Shown here in pieces: positions 47,930 through 59,206 of a stretch of DNA of 64,000 nt (position 1 is its first letter; each line of letters starts with the position of its first letter). The DNA is from Gammaproteobacteria bacterium (lineage in GTDB: Bacteria; Pseudomonadota; Gammaproteobacteria; Eutrophobiales; Eutrophobiaceae). Below the pieces are notes generated by a model that saw only the letters and a list, made by a program, of their open reading frames with translations, ran no database searches and was not told where the DNA came from. The stretch spans positions 8,479 through 72,478 of the forward strand of contig JAURPG010000097.1 in NCBI GenBank assembly GCA_030835405.1, in the 5' to 3' direction. The position numbers and the translations under genes were made by a program.

Positions 47930-50566
47930 TTATTTCTCAAGGGCATTAAAGATTTCATTTTTTAGCAGTTCAAAATCCGCGTCATTCTTTATCATTTCAT
48001 TATCTTTATTATGAATAAAGAATATATCTTCGATTCGTTCACCATAGGTGGCAATTTTAGCACCCAGTATTCTGGTTTTGCTTTTTTCCATGGCTGTCCC
48101 AATCGCTGCCAGAAAGCCTGGCCGGTCACTGGCGATGACTTCCATGATGGTGCGATTATTTTCCTCGTCCTGGGAAAAAATGACCCGGGTCTCAATGGGA
48201 AAATGCTTAAGTTTTCTTGAATTAAACCGTTTTGCGGTATTGATGGGATTATCAAAGAATGTTAAGTGGTTTTTTAATGTGGTGACAATTTGGTCTTTTC
48301 TGTCCTTTCCGGAGATCGAGTCTCCATCTTCTTCCAATACAATGAAAGTATCCAGGGTATATCCGTTTGAAGAGGTGATGACACGGGCATCAAGAATATT
48401 AAGATTCAATTGTCCCATGGATTTAACTGCCCTGGAAAAGATATTGTCATGATCATGCATGTAGATAAAAATTTCACTGGCACCACGGTCGGTCATTTCT
48501 CGAATCAGGATTAAGGGCAGTTTGTCATCACTAATCCTGGTGATGGCTTTTGTATGCCAGGCAATTTCATCAGGTGAATGCTGTATGAAATAGTCTTCAC
48601 CTAACTCGGACCAAAACTGAAAAATTTTATCAGATGATTTAAACTTGCCACCGAGTTGTTTAACTGCCTCAGCCTTTTGTTCCTCTATCCGTTCTTCTTT
48701 ATCAATCGGGTTTTCAAGGCCCCGTCTCAATGCTCGTTGTGTATTTTTATACAGGTCGATCATGAGAGCGGCTTTCCAGTTATTCCACAATTTTGGATTG
48801 GTCCCATTAATGTCTGCCACTGTCATGACATAAAGATAATTTAAATGCATTTCATCGCCAACGATACTGGCAAACCGATTTACTACCTCTGGATCGCTGA
48901 TGTCTTCACGTTGTGATGTTTTGGACATTAATAGATGGTTTTCCACCAACCATGCAACCATTCTGGAATCAAATTCACTCAATTGGTGATTGCGGCAAAA
49001 ATATAAAGCATCCTGCTTTCCCTGTTCCGAATGATCACCACCACGGCCTTTGGCAATATCATGAAATAAACCGGCCAGGTAAAGGATTTCCTGTTTTGGC
49101 AATTCCTGCATTAGCTGGCAGGCCAGGGGGAACTTCTCCATATAACTTTCCATGGAGAAGTTTCTCATCTTTTGTACCACTGAGAGGATATGTTCATCCA
49201 CGGTATAGACGTGAAACAGGTCAAACTGCATGAGTCCTTCAATAGCGGAAAATTCTGGCAAATATGCCCCCAGCACACCATAGCGGTGCATGCGACGAAG
49301 TTCGTGACCAATTCGCCTGGGTTGTCGAATGATTTCCATGAACAGACTCTTGTTTCTTATGTCGTTTCTAAAATCATCATCGATCAGATCCAGAGACTCC
49401 CGGATTTTTCTTATGGTGCTGGCACGAACACCGACTATTTTCGGTTTTTGCTGTTTGATGAGAAACAATTCGAGCAAGGCAAAGGGATAATTTTTAAATA
49501 TGTTTTCATGTGTGACTTCCAGGAAATCATTCCTGATCTGAAAGCGTTTATTAATAGTAACTATCTTTTCTTTTCTTTTTGCATAGATAATCACTTCTTC
49601 AAAATGCTGTAAAAGCATTTCATTTAACCGGCTTAATTCAGAAATCGTTGAATAATACCTCCGCATAAAATTTTCTATAGCGGAATTATCTTGCGATGAA
49701 TATCCAAATTTTTCCGCAACCATACGTTGAAATTCAAACAGCAGTCTGTCCTCGCGTCGCCCGGTCAGGTAGTGCAAGGCATACCTGACTTTAGACAGAA
49801 AGTTATGGCCGGAATTGAGAATTTCAAATTCTTCCCGGGTTAGAAAATTATGGGTAACCAGGTCTTCAAGTTTTTCCACGCTGAAATGGCGCATGGCTAC
49901 CCAGTAAATCATCTGAATATCGCGCAGCCCACCAGGTCCTTCCTTGATATTTGGTTCAAGGTTGTGATCGGTATCATTAAAGCGCTGATGTCTTTCTTTC
50001 TGCTCGTTATATTTGGATTCAAAAAACTTTCTGGTTTTCCAGATTTTATTGGGACCAGTTTGTATTTTCATGCTGGAATACAGATCTTCATGTCCCGTTA
50101 GAAGGCGTGATTCCATAATATTGGTAGCCACAGTGATGTCAGATTTAGCTTCCCGTATACAATCTTTGACTGCTCTCACACTGTGACCAACCTCCAGGCC
50201 AATGTCCCATAGAAATCTGACAAAAGACTCAATCTCCGACTGGATATCAGGCTTGATTTTTGGCGGTTGAATTATCATAAGATCGATATCAGAGCCGGGA
50301 TAGAGTTCCCCACGGCCATATCCACCTACAGCGGCCAGAGATAACTGATCATTATGAATATTGACGTTCCAGGCCTTGAGTAAAATCAGGTCAATCAGCC
50401 GTGCACGGTCAGATAGTAGACTGACGATTGCCACCCCATCATCAAACTGCTTATTAAATACTTCATTTCCTTCTCTTAATACTTGCTTAAACAAGGGCAG
50501 GGCAGACGCAGTTGTCTTAAAGTCCTGATCCAGGACTTCTAAATTAAACAGTTTGGAATTTTTCAT
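47930..50566 (-). CDS. glnD: [protein-PII] uridylyltransferase/uridylyl-removing enzyme GlnD
   Basis: 878 aa with an N-terminal nucleotidyltransferase ('GGYGRGELYPGSDIDL'), a central HD domain ('LFHDIAKGRGGDH') and two C-terminal ACT domains. Confidence 0.9.
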   Translation of the reverse strand: MKNSKLFNLEVLDQDFKTTASALPLFKQVLREGNEVFNKQFDDGVAIVSLLSDRARLIDLILLKAWNVNIHNDQLSLAAVGGYGRGELYPGSDIDLMIIQPPKIKPDIQSEIESFVRFLWDIGLEVGHSVRAVKDCIREAKSDITVATNIMESRLLTGHEDLYSSMKIQTGPNKIWKTRKFFESKYNEQKERHQRFNDTDHNLEPNIKEGPGGLRDIQMIYWVAMRHFSVEKLEDLVTHNFLTREEFEILNSGHNFLSKVRYALHYLTGRREDRLLFEFQRMVAEKFGYSSQDNSAIENFMRRYYSTISELSRLNEMLLQHFEEVIIYAKRKEKIVTINKRFQIRNDFLEVTHENIFKNYPFALLELFLIKQQKPKIVGVRASTIRKIRESLDLIDDDFRNDIRNKSLFMEIIRQPRRIGHELRRMHRYGVLGAYLPEFSAIEGLMQFDLFHVYTVDEHILSVVQKMRNFSMESYMEKFPLACQLMQELPKQEILYLAGLFHDIAKGRGGDHSEQGKQDALYFCRNHQLSEFDSRMVAWLVENHLLMSKTSQREDISDPEVVNRFASIVGDEMHLNYLYVMTVADINGTNPKLWNNWKAALMIDLYKNTQRALRRGLENPIDKEERIEEQKAEAVKQLGGKFKSSDKIFQFWSELGEDYFIQHSPDEIAWHTKAITRISDDKLPLILIREMTDRGASEIFIYMHDHDNIFSRAVKSMGQLNLNILDARVITSSNGYTLDTFIVLEEDGDSISGKDRKDQIVTTLKNHLTFFDNPINTAKRFNSRKLKHFPIETRVIFSQDEENNRTIMEVIASDRPGFLAAIGTAMEKSKTRILGAKIATYGERIEDIFFIHNKDNEMIKNDADFELLKNEIFNALEK

Positions 50567-50584
50567 CAGATGGATAGAAAAAAT

Positions 50585-51352
50585 TTAAAATACTTCATCA
50601 GGACGTCGGGTGAGAACTTCTACTCCATCATGAGTAACGAGTACGGTGTGTTCCCACTGGGCAGATAACGAGCGGTCTCGGGTTACCACCGTCCAGTTAT
50701 CAGGGAGTAGTTTTACCTGCCGATTACCACTATTTATCATGGGTTCAATGGTAAATGTCATCCCCTCGGCCAGTTTCAGCCCGGATCCTGCCTCGCCATA
50801 ATGCAGGACTTGTGGATCTTCATGAAACACCCGGCCAATTCCATGGCCGCAATATTCCCTGACCACGCTATAGTTAGCCGCTTCAGCATGTTTTTGTATG
50901 GCGTGCCCAATGTCCCCCAGATGAACTCCTGGTTTGACCATTGAAATCCCCAGTTTTAGACATTCATAAGTGGTCTCTACCAGACGTTTGGCCTTGATTG
51001 ACGGGTTCCCAACAAAGAACATTTTACTGGTGTCGCCATGAAAATCATCTTTGATAACAGTAATGTCTATATTGATGATGTCACCATCTTTCAGCTTTTT
51101 GTCACCTGGTATGCCGTGACAGACGACATGATTGACTGAAGTACAAATGGATTTTGGAAATCCTTTATAGTTCAGGGGGGCAGGTATTGCCTGTTGCACA
51201 TTGACAATATAGTCATGGCAGATCTTGTCCAGTTCATCGGTGGTAATACCCGGATTTACATGTTCTTCGATCATTTCCAGGACTTGTGAAGCCAGTTTCC
51301 CGGCAACCCTCATTTTTTCGATTTCATCCAAATTTTTTATTGTAACAGCCAT
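50585..51352 (-). CDS. map: type I methionine aminopeptidase
   Basis: 255 aa with metal ligands in 'DIINIDITV', 'YCGHGIG' and 'FTIEPMI'. It is adjacent to glnD and divergent from rpsB, as in E. coli. Confidence 0.95.
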   Translation of the reverse strand: MAVTIKNLDEIEKMRVAGKLASQVLEMIEEHVNPGITTDELDKICHDYIVNVQQAIPAPLNYKGFPKSICTSVNHVVCHGIPGDKKLKDGDIINIDITVIKDDFHGDTSKMFFVGNPSIKAKRLVETTYECLKLGISMVKPGVHLGDIGHAIQKHAEAANYSVVREYCGHGIGRVFHEDPQVLHYGEAGSGLKLAEGMTFTIEPMINSGNRQVKLLPDNWTVVTRDRSLSAQWEHTVLVTHDGVEVLTRRPDEVF

Positions 51353-51534
51353 TTTTCATCCATTTTAAGCAAGAAAGTTGTTGCCAGCGCCCGTCTATGG
51401 TATAAAGCGCCCGCTAATTAGGCAATCTTAAACAACACACGCACAGACAAATTCATATATGGGGTGCTCATCCGGAATACCGGCAGGGTCATTATATGAA
51501 ATGTGCGGAGGCTTAACCCTAAAGGAGAATAGAA

Positions 51535-52653
51535 ATGTCAACTGTCAGCATGCGTGAAATGCTGGAAGCGGGTGTGCATTTTGGCCACCAAACACGCTTC
51601 TGGAACCCCAAAATGGGGCCTTATTTATACGGTCAACGTAATCGTATTCACATCATCAATCTGGAAAAAACCCTACCTCTTATTAACGATGCAGTCAATT
51701 TCGCCGGAAAGACCGCATCAAAAAAAGGCAAAATCTTATTTGTTGGTACTAAACGTGCTGCACAGAAGATTGTACATGAGGAGGCAGCTCGATGTGGGAT
51801 GCCCTATATCAATCGACGCTGGTTAGGCGGTTTATTAACAAATTTCAAAACAGTTAAGCAATCGATTAACCGTCTTAAAGTGTTGGAAGCCATGGAATTA
51901 GATGGCAGTTTTGAGAAAATCAGTAAAAAGGAAGGACTGTTGCTGCAACGTGAAAAAGAAAAGTTGCATAACAACCTTGCCGGAATTAAAGATATGCCCG
52001 GCATACCTGATGTGATGTTTGTGATCGATGTAGGATATGAAGATATCGCTGTGAGTGAAGCGGTAAAACTTGGAATACCGGTGATCGGCGTCGTCGACAG
52101 TAATAATGATCCAAAAGGTGTTGATTATGTTATTCCGGGGAATGATGACGCTATCAGGTCTATACAACTATATTGCAAGTCAATTGCTGATGCAGTTTTA
52201 GAAGGAAAAGAATCCATTTCTCACCTCGGTGATTCTGGTGATGCTGACGACTTTGTTGAACTTGACGAAGAAGGCGCACCGGTGATGAAAGATGATTCAA
52301 AAAAACCAAAAGCAACTGTAAAGAAAAAACCTGTCAAGAAAGTCTCAGCCCCTGTTGAAAAGACTGAGTCTGATAAAGTTGAAGAGACTCCTGCAGATCA
52401 GACAGAAAGCTCTACTGAAGACGAAAAAGCATCTGCCGGTGATACTAACAGTGATGCAGAGGTAAAGGCTGAAACCAAGGCTGACGATCCAACTGACGAT
52501 TCTTCAGAAGAAGAAGCCGAAAAGAAGGTAACCAAGAAAAAGGCTGCAAAAAAGAAGACTGCCAAGAAAACCACAACAAAAAAAGCAACTACAAAAAAAG
52601 CAACTACAAAAAAGACAGCAGCCAAAAAGAAAACCACTAAAGCAAGTGATTAA
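51535..52653 (+). CDS. rpsB: 30S ribosomal protein S2 with ~130-aa acidic-then-basic low-complexity C-terminal extension
   Basis: The core (about residues 1-235) is canonical S2 ('[14 protein letters not shown]'). The extension '[14 protein letters not shown]...[15 protein letters not shown]...[38 protein letters not shown]' contains a tandem DNA repeat ACAAAAAAAGCAACT x2. Confidence 0.95.
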   Translation: MSTVSMREMLEAGVHFGHQTRFWNPKMGPYLYGQRNRIHIINLEKTLPLINDAVNFAGKTASKKGKILFVGTKRAAQKIVHEEAARCGMPYINRRWLGGLLTNFKTVKQSINRLKVLEAMELDGSFEKISKKEGLLLQREKEKLHNNLAGIKDMPGIPDVMFVIDVGYEDIAVSEAVKLGIPVIGVVDSNNDPKGVDYVIPGNDDAIRSIQLYCKSIADAVLEGKESISHLGDSGDADDFVELDEEGAPVMKDDSKKPKATVKKKPVKKVSAPVEKTESDKVEETPADQTESSTEDEKASAGDTNSDAEVKAETKADDPTDDSSEEEAEKKVTKKKAAKKKTAKKTTTKKATTKKATTKKTAAKKKTTKASD

Positions 52654-52677
52654 TTAATCATATATACAGGATACAAA

Positions 52678-53556
52678 ATGGAAATAACTGCATCACTAGT
52701 TAAAGAATTACGTGAACGCACCGGCGCCGGAATGATGGATTGTAAAAAGGCCCTTACGGAAGCTGATGGTGATATTGAAACAGCAATAGAGAATATGCGT
52801 AAATCAGGAATGGCCAAAGCTGCAAAAAAGGCCGGTCGAGTCGCCGCTGAGGGCGTTGTCATCATCCAGCAATCTGCAGATAAAAAACAGTCGGTAATTC
52901 TGGAGACCAATTGTGAAACTGATTTTGTTGCAAAGGATGATAATTTCACCGCGTTTGCAAATGCTGTTGCTGAAGTAATTCTAGAAGAAAAACCGGCATC
53001 AGTGGATGATCTCTTACAGTTGTCGATAAATGGTAAAACAATCGAAGATCAACGAACAGAACTGGTTTCGAAGATTGGCGAAAATATTTCTATTAGACGA
53101 TTCATGAATATTTCGCATGATGGGGTCGTCGGCAGTTATCTTCATGGCGTGAGAATTGGTGTAGTCGTAGACTTAACCGGGGGTGATAGTGAGCTCGCAA
53201 AAGATATCGCCATGCATATAGCAGCCAGTAAACCGGTGTGTGTGAAATCAGAAGATGTGCCCGAAACTTTACTTGAAAAAGAAAAGGCTGTTTTCAAGGC
53301 TCAGGCAGAAGAAAGTGGAAAACCGGCTGACATAATAGAAAAAATGGTAACTGGTCGGGTCAACAAGTTTCTTAAGGAAGTGACCTTGCTGGGACAACCT
53401 TTTGTAAAAGACCCAGACATGACAGTAGAAAAATTATTAAAGTCAAAAGATGCGACTGTTAATATGTTTGTTCGATACGAAGTTGGCGAGGGTGTGGAAA
53501 AGAAAGAAGATAACTTTGTGGAAGAAGTTATGGCGCAGGCCAAAGGATCTGATTAA
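52678..53556 (+). CDS. tsf: elongation factor Ts
   Basis: 292 aa with the N-terminal UBA-like '[20 protein letters not shown]' and EF-Ts dimerisation domains. Confidence 0.95.
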   Translation: MEITASLVKELRERTGAGMMDCKKALTEADGDIETAIENMRKSGMAKAAKKAGRVAAEGVVIIQQSADKKQSVILETNCETDFVAKDDNFTAFANAVAEVILEEKPASVDDLLQLSINGKTIEDQRTELVSKIGENISIRRFMNISHDGVVGSYLHGVRIGVVVDLTGGDSELAKDIAMHIAASKPVCVKSEDVPETLLEKEKAVFKAQAEESGKPADIIEKMVTGRVNKFLKEVTLLGQPFVKDPDMTVEKLLKSKDATVNMFVRYEVGEGVEKKEDNFVEEVMAQAKGSD

Positions 53557-53561
53557 ATACT

Positions 53562-54287
53562 TTGACTGAAAACTCCCCAGAAATTAAGTATAAAAGAATT
53601 CTGCTCAAGCTCAGCGGCGAAGCCCTTATGGGTGATGCTGAGCATGGTATTGATCCTGGTGTTCTGAATCGAATTGCTGGAGAGGTTAAAGAATTAAAAG
53701 CTGTAGGGGTAGAAGTTGCCATAGTAGTAGGCGCAGGTAATTATTTCCGCGGTGCAGGCCTTGCAGCATCAGGAATTGATCGGGTAACTGCGGACCAAAT
53801 GGGTATGATTGCAACGATTATTAATTCCCTTGCCATGCAGGATGCCCTGGAGCGAATTGATTTATATGCTCGAGTGATGTCAGCTATAAAAATTAACCAG
53901 GTCTGTGAGGACTTTATACGTAGGCGGGCAATCAGACACCTTGAAAAGGGCCGAGTGGTCATTTTTGCCGCAGGAACAGGAAATCCTTTTTTTACTACAG
54001 ACTCTGCAGCTAGTCTCAGGGCTGTTGAGATTAATGCAAATCTATTAATTAAGGCTACAAAAGTTGACGGGGTATATTCGGCAGACCCTGTAAAAGACCA
54101 GTTAGCAACCCGTTATCAAACCCTTGAATATGATGAAGTCATAGAGAAGAAACTCGAAGTGATGGACACCACTGCGGTAGTCTTATGCCGTGATAATGGA
54201 ATGCCACTGCGAGTACTTGATATGATGAAACCGGGTGCACTAATGCGCGCCGCAAAAGGGCTGGACGAAGGAACTCTGGTCTCTTAA
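53562..54287 (+). CDS. pyrH: UMP kinase
   Basis: 241 aa with '[11 protein letters not shown]' and '[10 protein letters not shown]'. Confidence 0.95.
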   Translation: MTENSPEIKYKRILLKLSGEALMGDAEHGIDPGVLNRIAGEVKELKAVGVEVAIVVGAGNYFRGAGLAASGIDRVTADQMGMIATIINSLAMQDALERIDLYARVMSAIKINQVCEDFIRRRAIRHLEKGRVVIFAAGTGNPFFTTDSAASLRAVEINANLLIKATKVDGVYSADPVKDQLATRYQTLEYDEVIEKKLEVMDTTAVVLCRDNGMPLRVLDMMKPGALMRAAKGLDEGTLVS

Positions 54288-54357
54288 GGCATACATTATA
54301 TAATAATGCTAAAGTAATTCTTAGATTAACCATTATGAGCCATTCTGGAGAACTTGC

Positions 54358-54915
54358 ATGATCGAAGATATTATTCATGACGCCGATAAGCGGATGAAAA
54401 AAAGTCTCGATAATCTGAAAAATGAATTATCCAAAATCAGGTCAGGCCGCGCCCATCCCAGTTTATTGGAACATGTGACCGTTTCATATTATGGCAGTGA
54501 CGTTCCCATTAGCCAGGTGGCGTCGGTAAGTGTGCTTGATGCCAGGACACTGAATGTATCAGTATGGGATAAAGGCGCTTATGCAGATGTAGAAAAGGCT
54601 ATTCTAACCTCAGATCTCGGACTAAATCCTGTCTCGACTGGAGACTCATTGAAAGTTCCATTACCACCATTGACTGAAGAACGACGAAAAGAGTTAATAA
54701 AAGTTGTTCGCTCTGAAGTGGAACATGGCCGTGTTGCTGTAAGAAATATACGCAGGGATGCAAATAATCATCTAAAGGACCTGGTGAAAGAAAAAGAAAT
54801 ATCTGAAGATGAACAGCATCGCGCAGAAGACAGGGTGCAAAAAATCACAGATGCCAGTATTGATGAAATAGAAAAATTACTTAATACCAAGGAAGAGGAA
54901 TTAATGGAGATCTAA
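54358..54915 (+). CDS. frr: ribosome recycling factor
   Basis: 185 aa with '[11 protein letters not shown]' and '[11 protein letters not shown]'. Confidence 0.95.
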   Translation: MIEDIIHDADKRMKKSLDNLKNELSKIRSGRAHPSLLEHVTVSYYGSDVPISQVASVSVLDARTLNVSVWDKGAYADVEKAILTSDLGLNPVSTGDSLKVPLPPLTEERRKELIKVVRSEVEHGRVAVRNIRRDANNHLKDLVKEKEISEDEQHRAEDRVQKITDASIDEIEKLLNTKEEELMEI

Positions 54916-54985
54916 CCTGAGATAAACTGAGTAATCAAATTACGTTTAATCCAATAATTTTCAGTTTTTTCAGAGTATTTCCAAC

Positions 54986-55714
54986 ATGCCAGATACCACC
55001 CCACCTAAACATATTGCGATAATAATGGATGGTAATGGTCGTTGGGCAACCCAACGCGGCCTGCCGAGAAGTGCCGGACATAAAAAAGGTGTCAACGCAT
55101 TAAAAGACGTTGTTAAATTTTGTGCCAAAGAAAAAATAGAAGTACTTACGGTTTTTGCTTTCAGTAGTGAAAACTGGAAAAGGCCAAAACAGGAAGTTGA
55201 AGTATTAATGGACCTGTTCCTGTCCGCATTAAAAAGCGAAGTAGATGAACTTCATGTGAATAATGTGACTTTGAAGTTTATTGGAGATCGCAATGGTTTT
55301 CCTTCAAAGCTCACAGACATGATTCGTAATACCGAATTACAAACAGAAAATAATTCCGGGTTAAAATTATTTGTTGCTGCCAATTATGGTGGTAGGTGGG
55401 ATATTGTACAGGCCTGCAGGCATTTGGCTGATGATGTTCTAAATGGGAAATTGAGCGTTTCTGAAATTGATGAATCAAGGATATCAGATCAACTGTCCCT
55501 GTCAGAATGTTCTGAACCGGATCTCTTCATTCGTACCGGTGGGGAACAACGAATCAGTAATTTTCTATTATGGCAATGTGCCTATTCTGAATTATATTTC
55601 TGTGAAGATTTGTGGCCGGATTTTTCACCGGCACATCTACAGAAGGCTCTTCAATGGTATGCAGGGCGGCAACGTCGATTTGGTTTGACTACGCAACAGA
55701 TTGAAAGTCATTAA
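54986..55714 (+). CDS. uppS: ditrans,polycis-undecaprenyl-diphosphate synthase
   Basis: The N-terminus 'HIAIIMDGNGRWA' and the C-terminus 'RFLLWQCAYSELYF' are diagnostic. Confidence 0.9.
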   Translation: MPDTTPPKHIAIIMDGNGRWATQRGLPRSAGHKKGVNALKDVVKFCAKEKIEVLTVFAFSSENWKRPKQEVEVLMDLFLSALKSEVDELHVNNVTLKFIGDRNGFPSKLTDMIRNTELQTENNSGLKLFVAANYGGRWDIVQACRHLADDVLNGKLSVSEIDESRISDQLSLSECSEPDLFIRTGGEQRISNFLLWQCAYSELYFCEDLWPDFSPAHLQKALQWYAGRQRRFGLTTQQIESH

Positions 55715-56543
55715 TATGCTTTGGCAAAGGGTAATTACCGCACTGATTCTGGTTCCGCTGGTATTGTTTGGATTAATTTACGGGGGCACACAGTGGGTTG
55801 CATTGGTAACTGGTATCATTATTGCTGTTGCCGCCAGGGAATGGGCTAACCTTTCAAAATTGACCAAACCCTACCAGTATATTTGTTATATTTTAGTCAT
55901 ATTGCTCTGTCTAGCCGGCACATACTTTATCCGCCAGCAACAATTTTCCATGTTAGTCATTTATGCAGGAGTAATATGGTGGTTAATGGCGTCTGGTCTG
56001 ATTATTAAAGCTGAAATATCTGGTGAATTACCCCTTTTAAACCGCCAGGTTAAGGTGGTTGCCGGCATGTTAACCCTGGTGCCATCCTGGTTAGGCCTGG
56101 TTATCCTTCACAGAGGCGGTGACTTTGGTGATCGATTTTTACTGATATTCTTATTTATGCTGATTTGGTCAGCAGACATATTTGGTTATTTTTGTGGAAA
56201 AAAATGGGGTAAACACAAGATTGCGCCGTTGGTCAGTCCGGGAAAGACCTGGCAAGGGGCTGCAGGTGCCATGATAGGGTGTAGTGCGATCAGTATTGGC
56301 TTTTCCATTAACAAACAATTTCAACTATCTGAAACTATTATATTTTTGGTAATATGCCTGGCCACAGTCCTGATATCAATAATTGGTGATTTAATGGAAA
56401 GCCTCCTAAAACGTAATGCAAATGTCAAAGACAGTGGCACCCTGTTACCGGGCCATGGTGGTGTGCTGGACAGAATTGACAGTTTTACAGCTGCTAGCCC
56501 GGTATTTTTGGCTTTGATTAGCCTGTCAGGTGTTTATACATGA
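55701..56543 (+). CDS. cdsA: phosphatidate cytidylyltransferase
   Basis: 280 aa and polytopic, with the C-terminal CTP-transferase signature '[28 protein letters not shown]'. It overlaps uppS by 14 nt. Confidence 0.85.
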   Translation: MKVINMLWQRVITALILVPLVLFGLIYGGTQWVALVTGIIIAVAAREWANLSKLTKPYQYICYILVILLCLAGTYFIRQQQFSMLVIYAGVIWWLMASGLIIKAEISGELPLLNRQVKVVAGMLTLVPSWLGLVILHRGGDFGDRFLLIFLFMLIWSADIFGYFCGKKWGKHKIAPLVSPGKTWQGAAGAMIGCSAISIGFSINKQFQLSETIIFLVICLATVLISIIGDLMESLLKRNANVKDSGTLLPGHGGVLDRIDSFTAASPVFLALISLSGVYT

Positions 56544-57721
56544 AGGGTATCAGTATATTGGGAGCCACCGGCAGTATTGGTCTTAGTACCCTTAGTGTTC
56601 TCGAGCAGCATCCCGGGAAATTTCAATTGATCGCCCTGACAGCGGATAAAAATGTAGAAAAGCTCCATGAGCTATGCCTCACCTGGCATCCAAAATATGC
56701 GGTAATGGCAGATAAAAAATCTGCGGATAAATTGAGAGATTTATTGTCTAACTACGATACGGACATCGAAGTACTCGGTGGCCAGGATGGCCTTGTCACC
56801 GTGGCCAGTCTGCCTGAAACGGATTATGTCATGGCGGCTATTGTTGGTGCTGCCGGGCTCATACCCACCCTGGCCGCTGCCAGGGCAGGGAAAAGGGTAT
56901 TGCTGGCAAATAAAGAGTCACTGGTGATGTCCGGGCAATTATTTATGGATGCCATACATGAAAATGGGGCTGAGTTACTACCCATTGACAGTGAACATAA
57001 TGCAATTTTTCAGTGTATGCCAACAAACCTGGACAAGAATCTCAACAATATGGGAATTACGAAAATTTTAATCACAGCATCAGGCGGCCCATTCAGATGT
57101 ACTCCCATTCAGGAACTCTCTGCTGTGACACCGGAACAGGCCTGCAATCATCCAAACTGGGACATGGGTAAAAAGATCTCGGTGGATTCTGCAACCATGA
57201 TGAACAAGGGGTTGGAGATCATTGAAGCCTGTTGGTTATTCAATGCTGAGCCTGAACAAATTCAGGTAGTCATTCACCCTCAAAGCGTGATCCATTCCAT
57301 GGTGGAATATGAAGATGGGTCAATCCTTGCGCAACTGGGTAATCCTGATATGCGTACACCTATTGCTCATGCCCTGGCCTGGCCGGAAAGAATTCCATCA
57401 GGTGTCAGGTCTTTAGATCTATTTGATATTGCGAGACTTGATTTTGAGGAAGCAGATCTGCAACGGTTTCCCTGTTTGAATCTTGCAGCTGATGCTATGC
57501 GGGCAGGTGGAACATCGACAACTATATTAAATGCAGCCAATGAAGTGGCTGTATTTCAATTTCTGCAAGGCAGTATCAAGTTTACGGATATTTCCAGAAT
57601 AGTTGAAATGACATTGACTCATATACAACCGGCCATCGCTGATAGCATAGAATGTGTACTTGATGCAGACATGTCAGCCAGGCGACACTCAGAACAGCTT
57701 GCAAGGGAACTGGCAGCATGA
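56540..57721 (+). CDS. dxr: 1-deoxy-D-xylulose 5-phosphate reductoisomerase
   Basis: '[15 protein letters not shown]', 'LANKESLV' and '[10 protein letters not shown]' are present. It overlaps cdsA by 4 nt. Confidence 0.95.
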   Translation: MKGISILGATGSIGLSTLSVLEQHPGKFQLIALTADKNVEKLHELCLTWHPKYAVMADKKSADKLRDLLSNYDTDIEVLGGQDGLVTVASLPETDYVMAAIVGAAGLIPTLAAARAGKRVLLANKESLVMSGQLFMDAIHENGAELLPIDSEHNAIFQCMPTNLDKNLNNMGITKILITASGGPFRCTPIQELSAVTPEQACNHPNWDMGKKISVDSATMMNKGLEIIEACWLFNAEPEQIQVVIHPQSVIHSMVEYEDGSILAQLGNPDMRTPIAHALAWPERIPSGVRSLDLFDIARLDFEEADLQRFPCLNLAADAMRAGGTSTTILNAANEVAVFQFLQGSIKFTDISRIVEMTLTHIQPAIADSIECVLDADMSARRHSEQLARELAA

Positions 57722-59169
57722 TGGATTTAATTCAATCGATTCTGGCTTTTATCCTGGCTCTGGGCATCCTCATTACCTTTCATGAATTTGGACATTACTG
57801 GGTAGCCAAAAAATGTAATGTCAAAATACTCAGATTTTCAGTTGGATTTGGGAAACCGATTTGGCGCTTTGATTTCAATGCACCCTGGTGGCATCTTGGG
57901 TTTACCAATCCCCCCTGGAAATCCGGCGTCACCAATATTTTTAAACAACGGGATTTTGACCCCGAGGAGACAGAATTTGTCCTGGCCGGATTGCCGTTGG
58001 GTGGATATGTGAAAATGCTGGATGAACGTGAAGGTACTGTTTTGCCTGATCAGCTTGATCATGCGTTTAATCGTAAACCGCTGGTTCAACGCCTGGCTAT
58101 TGTACTCGCCGGACCTGTTTTCAATTTTATCTTTGCGATTTTTGCCTACTGGATGATTTACATGATCGGTGTATCTGGATTAAAACCCATAATCGATGAA
58201 GTCGATCCTCAATCTCTAGCAATGGAGGCGGGATTTCAGGACGGTGATCAAATTATTGAGATTGACTCAACACCTGTTCGTACCTGGACATCAACCGTTG
58301 ACATGCTGGTTCCTGGGATTGTGGATGCCAAGACACTCCAGGTACAGGTAATGAATTCAAATAATGCCAGTCGTTTCCTTGAGCTGGATTTATCCGGTAT
58401 CAGTATTGATGATATGGCATCGGGAGGGTTATTGAGTAAAATCGGTATGGAGCCACGGGTCCCGGAACTTCCGGCGGTATTAGGTGAAATCTCTCCAGGT
58501 GGTGCAGCAGAACTGGCAGGACTGCGCCCGGGAGATAGAGTCATCGGTATGGATAATAACCGGATTTCCACATGGCTGGAATGGGTGGAATATGTCCGTG
58601 CCAATCCTGAAACCTTGATAAACGTAGAAATTGAGCGAGAAGAGGCAACTTTGTTGCTGGAACTCACTCCACAGGCCATCGAACAGGACAACGGAGAAAT
58701 TATTGGTAGAATAGGCGCGGCATTTGATACCAGTTTTCGTCCAGATGGGACATATTATGCACTGGATTCCTATTCACTAGTCCCGGCCCTGGTCAAGGCA
58801 TTTGATAGGACATTGGAAGTATCTGTGATGACCTTGCAAATATTAGGTAAAATGCTGGTTGGTGAAGCATCTGTAAAAAATCTGAGTGGACCAATAACCA
58901 TTGCCAAGTATGCCGGAGATACCGCCGGGCTTGGAATCGTCGCCTTTTTAGGATTTCTTGCGATAGTTAGCGTAAGCCTCGGGGTATTAAATTTACTCCC
59001 TATACCATTACTGGATGGTGGGCATGTGCTGTTTTATCTGATTGAGGGAATAAAAGGTAGCCCACCTTCAGAATCATTACAGGTTATGGGGCAACAGCTG
59101 GGTCTGGTATTATTGCTCAGCCTGATGGGACTGGCCCTGTATAACGATATTATCCGGGTGATTGGATAA
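57718..59169 (+). CDS. rseP: sigma-E regulated intramembrane zinc metalloprotease RseP
   Basis: The '[10 protein letters not shown]' zinc motif, PDZ domains and the C-terminal '[12 protein letters not shown]' are present. It carries a ~28-aa insertion relative to E. coli between 'FGKPIW' and 'LPLGGYVKM'. Confidence 0.9.
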   Translation: MMDLIQSILAFILALGILITFHEFGHYWVAKKCNVKILRFSVGFGKPIWRFDFNAPWWHLGFTNPPWKSGVTNIFKQRDFDPEETEFVLAGLPLGGYVKMLDEREGTVLPDQLDHAFNRKPLVQRLAIVLAGPVFNFIFAIFAYWMIYMIGVSGLKPIIDEVDPQSLAMEAGFQDGDQIIEIDSTPVRTWTSTVDMLVPGIVDAKTLQVQVMNSNNASRFLELDLSGISIDDMASGGLLSKIGMEPRVPELPAVLGEISPGGAAELAGLRPGDRVIGMDNNRISTWLEWVEYVRANPETLINVEIEREEATLLLELTPQAIEQDNGEIIGRIGAAFDTSFRPDGTYYALDSYSLVPALVKAFDRTLEVSVMTLQILGKMLVGEASVKNLSGPITIAKYAGDTAGLGIVAFLGFLAIVSVSLGVLNLLPIPLLDGGHVLFYLIEGIKGSPPSESLQVMGQQLGLVLLLSLMGLALYNDIIRVIG

Positions 59170-59206
59170 TTAAAAATAAAACGTAAACAAAAACCATAAA
59201 CATACG

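Noticed and set aside
51353-51534. rpsB leader: short direct repeat AGCGCCCG x2 and CCGGAATACCGG mini-hairpin as a possible S2 autoregulatory structure
   Set aside because: The elements are too short to be distinguished from chance without folding or conservation analysis, so they were not reported as features.
52398-52637. 79-aa Phe/Val-rich 'membrane-like' ORF on the minus strand
   Set aside because: It is the exact complement of the Lys/Thr/Ala repeat region of rpsB, so the poly-Phe composition is a mirror artefact of the AAA/AAG-rich sense strand.
52470-52640. Tandem nucleotide repeats (ACAAAAAAAGCAACT x2 and related AAGAAAA units) considered as a possible CRISPR/minisatellite
   Set aside because: The repeats are in-frame coding repeats inside rpsB, not spacer-separated direct repeats. 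No cas genes are present in the window.
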